The notes beneath the pieces were generated by a model. It made no database searches. It saw only the letters and a list, made by a program, of their open reading frames with translations, and was not told the origin of the DNA. DNA of 63,634 bases, counting the filler, from Hausera hauseri (Eukaryota), in NCBI GenBank assembly GCA_046269625.1. It is 12 parts of 12 records of this genome, joined end to end, with 100 filler letters (N's around TTAATTAATTAA, not from the genome) between each part and the next. Parts side by side here need not be neighbours in the genome. Positions count along the whole stretch, not along the records: positions 21,499 to 26,444 come from JBJURY010383813.1; positions 26,545 to 35,419 come from JBJURY010514348.1; positions 35,520 to 42,336 come from JBJURY010062773.1; 9 more parts are not named here. One strand, given 5' to 3'. Below, piece after piece: positions 26,204-37,230 of the stretch (position 1 is its first letter; every line of letters begins with the position of its first letter). The translations under genes were made by a program, and so were the position numbers.

Positions 26204-26544
26204 GGCAGTTGGGAAGATTCTGATACGAATAATGAATTTTAATATTATCTACAGTGTATTAAGTTTTTGTCTCATGTGTTTTTTATATGTATTAATGGTT
26301 TTTTCACGTTTGTTAAATTTTTCTCTCTTATGTTTTAATATGATGTTTGTTGCTTTTTATAAGATGGGTTTATAAAATTTTTTTATAGAATAATTTAGAA
26401 AACAAATTTTAAATAAATTTATTTGGTAGCAACATAATTCTGACNNNNNNNNNNNNNNNNNNNNNNNNNNNNNNNNNNNNNNNNNNNNTTAATTAATTAA
26501 NNNNNNNNNNNNNNNNNNNNNNNNNNNNNNNNNNNNNNNNNNNN

Positions 26545-26890
26545 CGTTTGGTTAGTAAGAAACGCATTTAACTTTTCATGATCATTTTTCCATGCAAAAT
26601 AATGCACAGGATACGACTTTTCTATTTCTGGTTCTCGCATGAATGCCATGGCGGCAATGTTTACATTCGTACACTTTGCCGGACTTTTTGGTTGGTCTTG
26701 ATTGCCTGGTGATGAGGAACTAACAGACGGACTGCTATTTGCAACAGTGATTGGAAGACGTCCTTTGTCATTATTGGAAGCATATGAATTGTGAAAATCG
26801 AAATTGATAGCGTTAATTGAGTAATCGGTAATGACTGTCGAGAATGAAACTTTATTCAGGAGATGGTTTTCGCTTTTGAATTGATGACAT
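26545..26890 (-). CDS. Ankyrin-repeat protein N-terminus (ANKRD13-like), truncated by contig end
   Basis: Frame open for more than 110 codons, ending MAFMREPEIEKSYPVHYFAWKNDHEKLNAFL, resembling the ANKRD13 P-L-H-x3-W-x-N start. Confidence 0.45.
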
Positions 26891-26932
26891 ACTAAAAATG
26901 GGAATCTGATTGACAGAATAGAGTATAATAAA

Positions 26933-27081
26933 TGTTCGGACCTTCAGCTATTAGAATTTTCTTTATTTCGGCAAAGAGTAGGAATATCGGAGCCCGCCTA
27001 TGTGTCCGACGCGCCGGCAGCAGACGCCCGGCCGTGCCCAACCGAATAGGCCAGAGGGCGACGGTCGACGCGGGCACCACA
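26933..27081 (-). repeat. Candidate 3' LTR (~150 bp, TG...CA)
   Basis: Starts TGTGGTGCC directly after the PPT, as in copy A; AATAAA at 26962-26967; ends CCGAACA. No second copy in the contig. Confidence 0.5.
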
Positions 27082-30000
27082 TCACCCCCGTGGCAAAGTT
27101 AAAACTATGAAGAGTAAAAGGATAGAAAGAAAAAATCGTAAAACGAAAAGTGTTTGTGTCAGTTGAGCTTAGTGTGAATTAGACGTTGAATACCTTTGGC
27201 TTATTTTTCCGTGCTATACTTGCTGAATGTGACTCTGCGTGTTGTGTGTTTATGCGATGTGTTTATTTGCAGAGATTGAGGTTGGGGAAAAATTGGTAGA
27301 TTTTGGTGTAAATTGTGTCGTGCGAAGATGAGTCGGAATAAAGAGAAGTAGGTGATGAAAGAGGAAGAGTGATTGTTGAAGGCGGATAGTTAAAGGTGTT
27401 GAAAAGAGTGTTAGCAGACGAAGGAGTGATGACAGGTGTAGTGGAGGATAAAGGAAGAGAGAAAGAAGTTGGAGTAGAGATTGGAATTGTGCTGAGTGAA
27501 AGAGTAGACAAGGAAGATGATACAGACTGAGTGGTAGGAATAGAGGTAGAAAATGTAAGAAATGATGGAGCAAGAAAAGGCGTAGAAGAGGAATATGGAA
27601 ATGATGTAGCAATAGATATTGGGATAGCAGGGAGTGACGGAATGAGAAAAGATGTTGGCGTGTCGGTTGGTAAGGTGTCGTTTTTAAATAAAGCGGGCAT
27701 TAAATTGGTAACGTGTACTGTAAGGTCTTTGCCGACTTTAGAGATAATGGCGTTATGTGAGTGCAGCTGTATCAGTTTATAGGGCCCCAGGTACCGTGGT
27801 TGAAAACCGCAAGGAGCTTGATTCTTCAGCCATACGAATTTAGCCATGTACAAATCTTCGGGTAAGTATGTTTTGTCTTTGTGGAGTATCCTGCAGAACG
27901 AATTTTTACTGACCTCGACGAAGTGATTTTGCGCCACCAATATCGCCTCATCTGTGGGAGTGTCGTCTAGGGAGGTTAGTTCCAATAATGATCGTACAGG
28001 AGCTCCGAATAAAGCTTCAGTAGGTGAGCATCCTGTAGAAGTGGAGGGAGTGTTCCGCCAGCCAAGCAGAACAAACGGAAGAAGATTCATCCAACTAGTG
28101 TTGGACTCTGCCAGAATTCTTAGTGACATTTTCAATGTTCGGTGGAAACGTTCTAGAAGGCCATTCGATTGGGGGTGATAAGACGTAATATGCATGTGAT
28201 GAATCCCCAATCGGATAACAAGGGATTTGAACAGGTTGGATTCAAACTGTGAACTCTGGTCCGTGACGATGAAGCTAGGTGATCCAAACCTGCTAATCCA
28301 TGTACGAATGAAAACGTTAGCTATATTGTCGGTATCTGTGCTCTGCAGAGGGATGGCTTCTGGCCATAGCGAGGAACGGTCCATCATGGTGAGGATAAAT
28401 TGATGTCCGTTGTCTGGAGGAAGAGGGCTAACGATGTTGATATGAACGGACTCAAAACGCGATGTGCAGGGAAAGTGGAATAGTGGTGGTTTTAAATGCT
28501 TAGTTGTTTTGTATTTTTGGCAAGCCACACACTCCTTAACCCATACCTGCACATCGGAACGCATTGACGGCCAAAATACTTGTCGGTGGAGTAAACGAAA
28601 AGTGGCTTTAGCATCGGGGTGGTGTAGCGAATGTATATTGTGAAATGCTTGATTTTTTCAACGATGGTGCAAGAATTATTACGGAATGACCTGGTTTGGA
28701 AGTGTCTAAAGCCACGCCGTCAACAATTGTACAAGACATGAAAGAATTAAGCATGGCCTGAGGTGGCTGGTTCTGTTGAAGCTGAGGTTGCGTAAAAATC
28801 GGCGAAAAATTAATCGAACTAACCGACCTAGATAAAAAGTCGGCATCCAAATTATTAACCCCGTTAATATGTTTTATGTCGAAGTTAAATGTCGACAAGT
28901 ATGATATTTGTCGTTCTTGGCATGTGGAAGGATGTTTCATAGCCATGATGTTAAGTAAGGGTTTGTGATCGGTTTGTATAGTAAAATGACGAGCGACAAG
29001 TAGGTGGGAGAAATACTTTAGAGCAAGGACAATGGCCAACAACTCTCGATCGAACGTTGAATATCTAGTTTAAGGGGATGTTAGTTTGCGAGAGAAAAAT
29101 TCTAGCGGTTGATTTTCTTCGTGGATTTGGTGAAGCACAGCACCTACTTCAGTGGTTTAAGCGTCTGTAGTAAGAATGGGTTGCGCGTCAGGCTTGGGGA
29201 AAGCGAGAATGTCGACGGTCTTAATTCCTTCGCGTAGCTTATCAAACTTATCAACCTATTCAGGTGTTCACTGAATTGGCTGATGTTTTCACCACCGCTT
29301 AAGTGTGCAAATGGTGCTGTCAATTCAGAGCAATATGATACATTTTTACGAACAAAGTGTAATGTGCAAAGGAAACTGCGCACTTCGGTGGTCGTACGTG
29401 GTAACTGGATAATTTTAAAGGCTTCAACTCGGTCTGGTTGGGGAGAGTGGCCGTGCAGTGAAATAACGTGGCCAAAAAAGTTTATGCGTTTTTTGAAGAA
29501 ATGGCTTTTGTCAAAACTGACTTGGAGATTATGGTGGTGAAGGCGTTGGAATATTGCGCGAAGGTTTTCCTTAAGTTGTTTGGCCGAAGAGGAAGCGATC
29601 AGAATATTATCAATGTAATGGTGCGCAAACGGAAAATCTGAGAGAATTGAGTCGATATGTCGCTGGAAAGTCTGGGTGGCATTTCGCAAACCGAATGGCA
29701 TAAACAGGTACTCGTAGAGGCCAAAAGGAGTGGTGACGGCAGTCTTTTCTATGTCTTCGGGTGCGAATGGTATTTGGTGATATGCTTTGACCAATCAATG
29801 GTCGAAGAAATTGCGGTTGAATTAAGGCGATGCAAGATATCCTTGATGAGTGGCAGGGGGTACGCATCCATAATTGTCAAGTTGTTCAACTATCGGTAAT
29901 CACCGCATGGTCTAAAGGTACCCTCCTTTTTTGATCAACGTGTAAAGGTGAAGACCAAGGAGATTTGGAACGGCGTACAATGCCGGATCGTTTTAGTTCA

Positions 30001-32215
30001 AGAAATTCGGCTTCGACGGCCTGCCTACGACAAGGTGATAGTGGTCGTACCTTTTTGTGTATTGGCCGTTTAGGCTGTGTAATTATGTGATGTACAGTGC
30101 TGTTTGCAGGAGTAAACGTACGATCTTTTTTGAGTGCTCGTGAACATGATTTGTTAACGAATTGCTGTAAAGTTGTAGGCAACTGTGAGAGATTCGGTGA
30201 TGGTGATGAAACAGCTTGAGTAATAGCAGCTGCAATTTGTGAATTGTTTGGTGATGTGCAGTCAAGTGGTATTTGGTGCAATAAGGTCGAATTGAAAATG
30301 GTGTTGGATGCAGTTATTTCGTCAAGTGAATTAACGTTGGTGACAGTACCACAATTAACGACATCGAACCTCGACTGAATGTCAGTACTATGATTGAAAA
30401 ATTTTCGAAATAAAACATTGTTATGGAAATTCGAATTAGTTTTTGATTTTCTCAAAACTGATATCCGCGTGTCGATCGACTGCGCGGCAGCCGAAATGCT
30501 ATTTATATGCTCAGTAACGCTGCCAGTTATACAGCTCCTGAGACATCGTTGACTGCAGTCAATCAATAAATTATAATGTGATAGGAAATCGGACCCTAGT
30601 ATTGCCGTTTGGACGTTAGCAACTGTGAATGTCCAGTGGAAAGGTGAAGGAAATTTTGGTAAGATAAAAGATAGTTTAGTCATGCCAGAAATGTGCAGCA
30701 TTTGACCTGAAGCGGTGTATAAGGATTTAATTCTGAATGGTGAATTTTGTACAGGAAAGATTGTGGCAATAAGGAAATCGCTGCACCTGCATCAATGAGG
30801 AAATAAACGGATTGCGTTGTAGGAGCGGTGATTGCAGCCTTTAGAGTAAAGATGGCAAAAGAGGCGTGTAGGCATTCAGAAGGTGTAGTAGTGCCTTTGC
30901 CAGAGTTTGCCGTGACTTCTAGCTGAAAATTTAGTTTTGTTGAAAGGATGAACTAAGACGACTATTAGAAGAATAGGTGGCACGTCCTTTGCTCGTATCT
31001 GTTTTGAAAGTGCAGCCTAAAATGCATTTACGAGCTTGTTTTTAAACTTTGCATGGTAGATGCAAACAACGGTGTCTGAGAAAAAACCTTTATTATAAAA
31101 TTTGCATCCTAGGCAGCATTTTTGGCACTTTTGTTGAATCTGCTGTGTATTATAGCAGATTGACGACTGCGCAGGCGATGGCGGCCGGTTTCTAGATGCA
31201 GAATAGGCGACGTCAGAGACAAAATCCATTCGACGGGACAGGAAAAGTTCATTTAATTTGTTGTTAATGTTGTTAATTGTTGCGTGTAGTGCTGTATTTT
31301 GGCACGTAACTGATTTAGCTGTTGCTCTATTCATATGTTGTTGCTTTGAATACCATTAGCAGCAACTGCCACCGAAAGGATTGGTGGGTAGTTTAAGTGT
31401 AGAACGTCGTGTGTCTTGTCGGCTAATTTGGCCAGTTTCAAACGAGCGGTAAGTAGAGCCAGAATTTGGATGGGTAACGCGTTGAGGAAGTAGTGGCGCA
31501 GTAGTTCTGGGTTGTGTTCTTTAGTGACGCCGAAAGTGTGTATATGTGGCGAAGAAGTGCGTAGAAGGTTTGACAGTCGTTGTGTGCCTATAGCATTGTC
31601 GTGAAAGAAGCGTTGTATGATCGTATCCATTGAGGGTTCTGTGATTTCAAGAACAGCGTTGAAGAGTTGTGAATATGGATCAGGGAGTTCGAAGATTTCA
31701 ATAATGTTGTGAATTCATGTTTTGATATTGTTAGGTAGTAAGACGAGGAGGTTATGTGCTTTAGCTAAGGAATCGGTAACATTATTGGCTTGTAGTCACA
31801 GTTGGTGGAATTGCAACCAAGTTTTGCTGGAGCCTTGGTTGTCGATAAAGAATTCAGTGCAGTGAGGGAAAGGAGCGGAAGAGGTGGTAGGCGAAGGGTT
31901 ATTAGCAGAAGTAGAAGTGGGTTTTTGAAGCAGTATAACAGATTTTGGTTTCGTGGTGGTTTTATCCGTGGTGCCTATGGTTGGCGACGAATTCGTGCCA
32001 CCACGGATGCGGAAGTGTATATGGAGGTGGATATAAGTTGAAGTAAATTGTAGGGTTTCAGGGATAGGTACTGTAGAGCCATTGTATGTGATGTAAAATT
32101 CAGATGAACGAAGAATAGTGCACATGGCGTTGTAGAAATCTGTAGTGTTTACGTGTGTTGGTGCAATAGTGTAAATATGTTTGTTATTTAAAAAAGGAAG
32201 AGCGAAAACAATGTG
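26933..32215 (-). mobile_element. Near full-length CsRn1-like Gypsy (copy C): Ubl-Gag (2x CHCC)-PR-RT-RH-IN-PPT-short LTR
   Basis: Ubl ending HFRIRGG at 31997; Gag 31996-30990; protease FLIDAGA ~30790; RT (SKSPWSSPLH, MPFGLRNATQTFQR, YIDN); RH; integrase ORF 27263-28564; PPT GGGGG at 27085-27089. Confidence 0.93.
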
Positions 32216-32376
32216 GATGTATAGCCAGGTGCGTGTCGCAGGGCGCCAGCGAACGATGCCGTCCGACTTAATGGCATAGGCTGAGCGGCCGGGACTTCAG
32301 CTTAGCCGTAGCGGATCCCAAACTTCTGTGTGACCGTGTTCCGTGCATGCAATGTTTCTTCATCAGTATTTTTATT

Positions 32377-34050
32377 TTACACATATTTTGCAATATTGCC
32401 CATATTAGAACCATTTCTCAGATTATCCAGAATTGGTTCTTTAAATGAGACTGAATCGGCCCTTTTACATTCACAGTGAATGTAAGAATATCTCTTATAT
32501 TTCACGTAATATTCCTCAGTCTCGGTCTCCTTATTTTCTGTAGGATAGGGTAAATCAGATTCACTAACAACAAGAGTGCCAAGGATTTTGGGAATAATTT
32601 TTCTACCGCTATTCAGATTGGGGCGGAAATCGAATCGAGATTTTTATTACTGCTGCTTGATGACGAATCATCCATTAACTCCGCGTCTGCGTTAATATCT
32701 TTTACACGTTTTTTAACCTTATTTTTTCGGGGTCTTGTTTCGAATGTTTTGGCATCAAATAGGGATTGGTCAGCAGTCGATGGATGTGCAGTATGCTGGA
32801 TAAAATATTTAATTTCATATTTACAAATTGGACAATATGGCATTGTATTTGCTTGGGATCGAGCTCGATCTACACAATATAGACATAGCATGCGTAGGCA
32901 AGGCGTAAGTCTGTACACTACATTGAGAATTACTCGGCATTCCATACATTCTGAGAGATCTGAAAATAAGTAGAATTAATTGAGATTTAATTCAATTGTA
33001 TTAAGATCTATACAATTATTATTGTCTTCAATATACGGTGAGGTCGACAGATAGTTATACAGTCTAAGTAGGTGAGCTTGTACTAATTGTGAAGTACACG
33101 TAGGAATGATAGTGGTATATAGTAATTGCTCACTTAAACGAATTATGAGTATGGGGTTTGTCGAGAAGTTTGCAGCAATAGGTTGACGGCTAAGATTGAA
33201 GAAGCCATTGGTATTACTAATAGGCAGCTTATAGAGCATAAGAGTAGATCTAGTTGTGTTGTTTTAATGAATCTATACTTTAGTATATCTTGTATGAGGG
33301 GTAAGAAGTCTTCATTTTCGATTTTATTTAGGGTACGTTTGTCGGTTATGCATGTAAAGGGTGTTCTCCAGTCGATGACTTTATGCCTGGGGTACATTTG
33401 TTTCTGTAATAAAATTTCACCTTTATAGTCTAGTATAGCGATATCAATGATGGTTTGCTTAATAGTTGTAGGATTAGATTGAGTTGTGACGTAATTATAG
33501 GATACGAAGATGAATAGGAGTTCTAAATCTGATAAAGATAACCCTTCTGGTGCTGAAATGTACTCATTTACTGGTAAAAGTGGCTTGGGTGTATGTACTG
33601 ATTGGATATAGTCTTCATTGTGGGTGTATATACGTTTTGGATGAATTACTTCCACAGCGTATATACAGTTGGTTAGAGAAGAAATGGTAAAAGATAATAA
33701 TTCCACAGGAGGAATAATGATAATCACGCTAGAGTTATCAAGTAGGTCGTGATTAATATCAAAAATTGGATCATTATAGTTAATACTGATAGTCAGCTTG
33801 CCACTGGTGAGATGAATAGCAATGATATCGACCTTTCATGGTCGGTCGATAAGGACCAATTGGAATAATTAATTGTTTACGTCGGTTAACGTTTGTTGAA
33901 TACACATTTGTCTGGGATAGAGTTGGAGTTTCTCAGACTTTAGGTTATTCGGAATAGCTGTTTGATTAGGGAAAATGCGATACAATTGATTTACCCTCAA
34001 GTAAGACGCCAGTGCTTCATAAAAAGTTTGTGATTCAATATAGGACTCCA
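32377..34050 (-). pseudogene. Multidomain accessory ORF: unknown N-domain, catalytically dead DEDDh exonuclease (REX4/ISG20-like), RING finger, CHD-type chromodomain
   Basis: ORFs 33869-34147 and 33143-33727 share one frame; 32976-33239 and 32613-32945 share the next. Motifs IDIAILDYKGEILLQKQMYPRHKVIDWRTPFTCIT; CMEC..PCLRMLCLYC..CPIC; IIPKILG..EEYYVKYKRYSYIHCE (32467-32598). Confidence 0.7.
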
Positions 34051-34298
34051 TTTTCAGCTTTAATACGAAACATAATGATAAAAGTTTATTTACATGAATT
34101 GAATGTAAATTACACAAAACAATAGCATGCACTACTATATTAAGCATGAATTATATACAATGGTCATAAGATACAGAATGTCAATAGTTATTTGAGATAG
34201 GGAATGTCAGTGACAAGATAACAATAATATACAGAATTAAATAGTCATATCAGAATATATACACACGTATAGAAAGTTAATAAAATGTCTAAAAATGT

Positions 34299-35419
34299 TT
34301 ACACCACGATTTCTCGGCGCACAGTAGCTAATAGGCGTTCATGTTCGAAGGAGCTGATCAATAAGTCACGTATCAGAATGTCACTGATTGTTAGGTTTCG
34401 ATAATTGTGAGTCTCTGGATGAATATCTGGTCGTCGCATCAGGATGGAAACTGATCCATAGGTTCGAGTCAAAAGCACAGTTATAAGGGGAGTCTTCTCA
34501 CATGAACCATGAGCATAGGTTACGTCAAATCGGTAAGTTCCGTTATCGAATTTCTTATTTAGGAAGGTTTCCAATAGGAGAAATTGTTTGAATACTTTTG
34601 CGTGATGTAATGGTGTACTACGTAATTGTGGTTGGAAAATGGCTTGAAATACTTTGTTATCGTAGGCATAATCGAATATCTGTATTGCAAGGTTATGTCG
34701 ACCATGGCGTATAACGAGTAATAAGGGAATATCCCCATCTACGTTAGGTATGTGTAAAGGTGCTTTTGTTTAAATGAGCATGAGTATAAAAAAAATCATG
34801 ATATTCACTCATAATGGCTAAATGAATGATGGTATTGCCATTTGAATCTTGGAATTTTAGCGTTTCCTCTGCTTCATCGCCTAATTGAGTTATAGCTTCT
34901 TTAGCTCTTTCTTCGCTTCTTGATGCTACTGCTAGCATTAATGGAGTTGTTTCAGCGGTATTTACTGTTGTATAGTCTATTGGGTCAGCTGGTAATTGTT
35001 GCTATAATAAGTATGACGCTGATTGGTACTACTATGACGATTAGCATAAATAAATTATAATTTATTTGAAATTGTGGTATTGTTTGAACTGACAGTGATA
35101 TGATACTCAGCGTTTCATTGCCTTTGGGAGAATTGGTAGATATTTTAATCATAAATTTTCCTTTTTTCATTATTTTATTGAGTGTTGGTAATTTAAATTG
35201 AATTTACTCCCCTTTTGGGCGTAGTGACTTCTAATAACGCGATCGTTTTTGGTTTTTGTAATAGGTCATAATAAGGTAACTGAATATTGGCTAAATAAGG
35301 ATAACCAGATATCAATTTTGTGCATTCAACGTACGTACTGGTAACTAGACAACAGCCGTCGTTAGTATTTTTCAATATAACGATAAAGTCAGGATTTGGC
35401 AAGCTAAACATTACAAGGT
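34299..35419 (-). pseudogene. Receptor-like protein: FN3-like ectodomain, TM helix, ankyrin repeats
   Basis: TM LFMLIVIVVPISVILIIATI; ankyrin ETTPLMLAV, NGNTIIHLAI, DGDIPLLLVI, KTPLITVL. The FN3-like motif CTKLISGYPYLANI is weak. Confidence 0.55.
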
Positions 35420-35688
35420 NNNNNNNNNNNNNNNNNNNNNNNNNNNNNNNNNNNNNNNNNNNNTTAATTAATTAANNNNNNNNNNNNNNNNNNNNNNNNN
35501 NNNNNNNNNNNNNNNNNNNTAGAAGAATGATTTTCGACAGATATAAAAATCCAATAATAATAATGATAGTATTATTATACACCGAAAAAATAAATCAAGT
35601 CTGTAAATTCAAACGTTCAGAGGAAATTTATATAAGGTGTGAGGCAATTAAAAAGGTGCATATTTCACATTTATACATTTTCTGTTTT

Positions 35689-36171
35689 TTACACATAATT
35701 ATAAGATGGTGAACTATCATCTCCTTTTGAGATAATCGGCAGCTGAGTTACTTGATAATCAGATGGAATAGTACTTTTCTCATAAGAACCGTCTACCGCA
35801 TATGCAGCTGCTTGCACTGCTACAACGTTCTGGTTCTCATATGACTGATTCAGAGTTTTTTGTCGACGTTTAATACCAGTTCTTTCCGAACAAATGCATC
35901 CAAGACACAAAAGAATCAAAACTACAATTATCATCACAATTGTGACACATCCAATAATTCCACCAATTATCCCAGCAATGGGATAATTGAAAAGATAGCA
36001 AACTTTTCTAAGGCTAAGTTTGCAACGATTGCAGCAAAACTGATTATCTGGATTGGTTTTGTATGCACAACAGTAGTTCGGACAGGTTTTGTAAGGGTAC
36101 GTTGTGCACTGTTCCTTACCGTAAGTTTCCCAAAACCATACAAACATCAGTACCATTGATACGATTACCAT
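35689..36171 (-). CDS. Small Cys-rich single-pass membrane protein (Shisa/CYYR1/VOPP1-like architecture)
   Basis: Signal peptide, CPNYCC..FCC ectodomain, TM IAGIIGGIIGCVTIVMIIVVLILLCLGCIC, C-terminal SPSY; intact 160 codons. Confidence 0.65.
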   Translation of the reverse strand: MVIVSMVLMFVWFWETYGKEQCTTYPYKTCPNYCCAYKTNPDNQFCCNRCKLSLRKVCYLFNYPIAGIIGGIIGCVTIVMIIVVLILLCLGCICSERTGIKRRQKTLNQSYENQNVVAVQAAAYAVDGSYEKSTIPSDYQVTQLPIISKGDDSSPSYNYV

Positions 36172-36404
36172 TCGTTTATTCTGTGATGAAAAGTGAGTAA
36201 TTAATTATAGGCCTTTGTTTTCAATGCAATTGGCAAGGTCATTCTACCAATTGTACAGCGTGTTACTTTGTAGCCATTTACTTGACTGTTTACGTGGTTT
36301 TTGTTCAGCTGCTGAACGACTTTTGAACAACTAGCAATTTTATTTTGCTCTAAGTTGAAAGCCATTATGAATAAAAACTCAGACTGTGCCACAGGATTCT
36401 CTAG

Positions 36405-36671
36405 CAGTGGTTCCCAAAGTTAGGGTCAGGACCCACAGTGGGGTCCTAAAACATCAATGTGGGGTCCTGAAAAAATGACAACTAAGAACATTTTTTTCTT
36501 CTGTTTTTACAAAATAAGATTAGTTTACTTAAAATGGACAAAAATAATGTAAGAATTAATGTTACTTTGATCTTGATAATTTGACTTGAAAACAACCAAC
36601 AACAGCTGGGGGCACAGGTCTTTGCTTCTGTTTTTTTGAGGGTCAAAAGCTGAAAATTTTGAGAACCACTG
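36405..36671. mobile_element. hAT/Charlie-type MITE, teleost-like
   Basis: TIRs CAGTGGTTCCCAAA ... TTTGAGAACCACTG. Confidence 0.75.
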
Positions 36672-37059
36672 CTAAAGCATATACCCGCCGCCCCCCTTTT
36701 TTCTCCTTAAGTCCATAATGAACATAATGTTAAATCAAAAATATTAATATTAATGTTGAAAACTTTTGAATTAACTGACTAGACTACTTGTTTCAGCCAA
36801 GATCATCTTTATTCTAGGCTACATGCATCTGCTACAGTATGTCCTGCTGGAATGTGATGTGATGTGTGTCATACAGGTGTGATGGAGTGAGTTCAATCCA
36901 ACAGGATGTCAGAATGGTTTATATTTACACTTCCCATCAAACCACAATCAGATTCATTCTATCCAAGGGCTCCATGTATCTGGATAGATTTCTATTTTTT
37001 TTTTTTTTGAACAATGAAAAGATAAAAACAAGTCATAGTTAAATAGAAATTAAATACTT

Positions 37060-37230
37060 TTTGCATTTTTAAAAAGTAAAGAGTAGAAAGTAGAGATAAT
37101 TGAATTAAATTGTAAGAAGTAGAAGTAAAAAGTAGGCTGAAAAATAATTACTCCACTAAAGTATAAATAACCAAAATTTCTACTTAAGTAAAGTAACAAA
37201 GTATTTGTACTTAGTTACTTGACACCTCTG
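37060..37230. repeat. Teleost-type AAGTA-rich DNA-transposon end
   Basis: AAGTAAAAGTAGAAGTA-type array ending GTACTTAGTTACTTGACACCTCTG. Confidence 0.5.

Noticed and set aside
27250-27782. Overlapping alternative-frame and antisense ORFs
   Set aside because: Shadows of the C/T-rich integrase tail.
32220-32340. GC-rich patch before the Ubl as 5' LTR/PBS or as a pairing partner of the 3' LTR
   Set aside because: No direct match to 26933-27081, no tRNA-Trp-type PBS, and the short complementary words are not in nested order.
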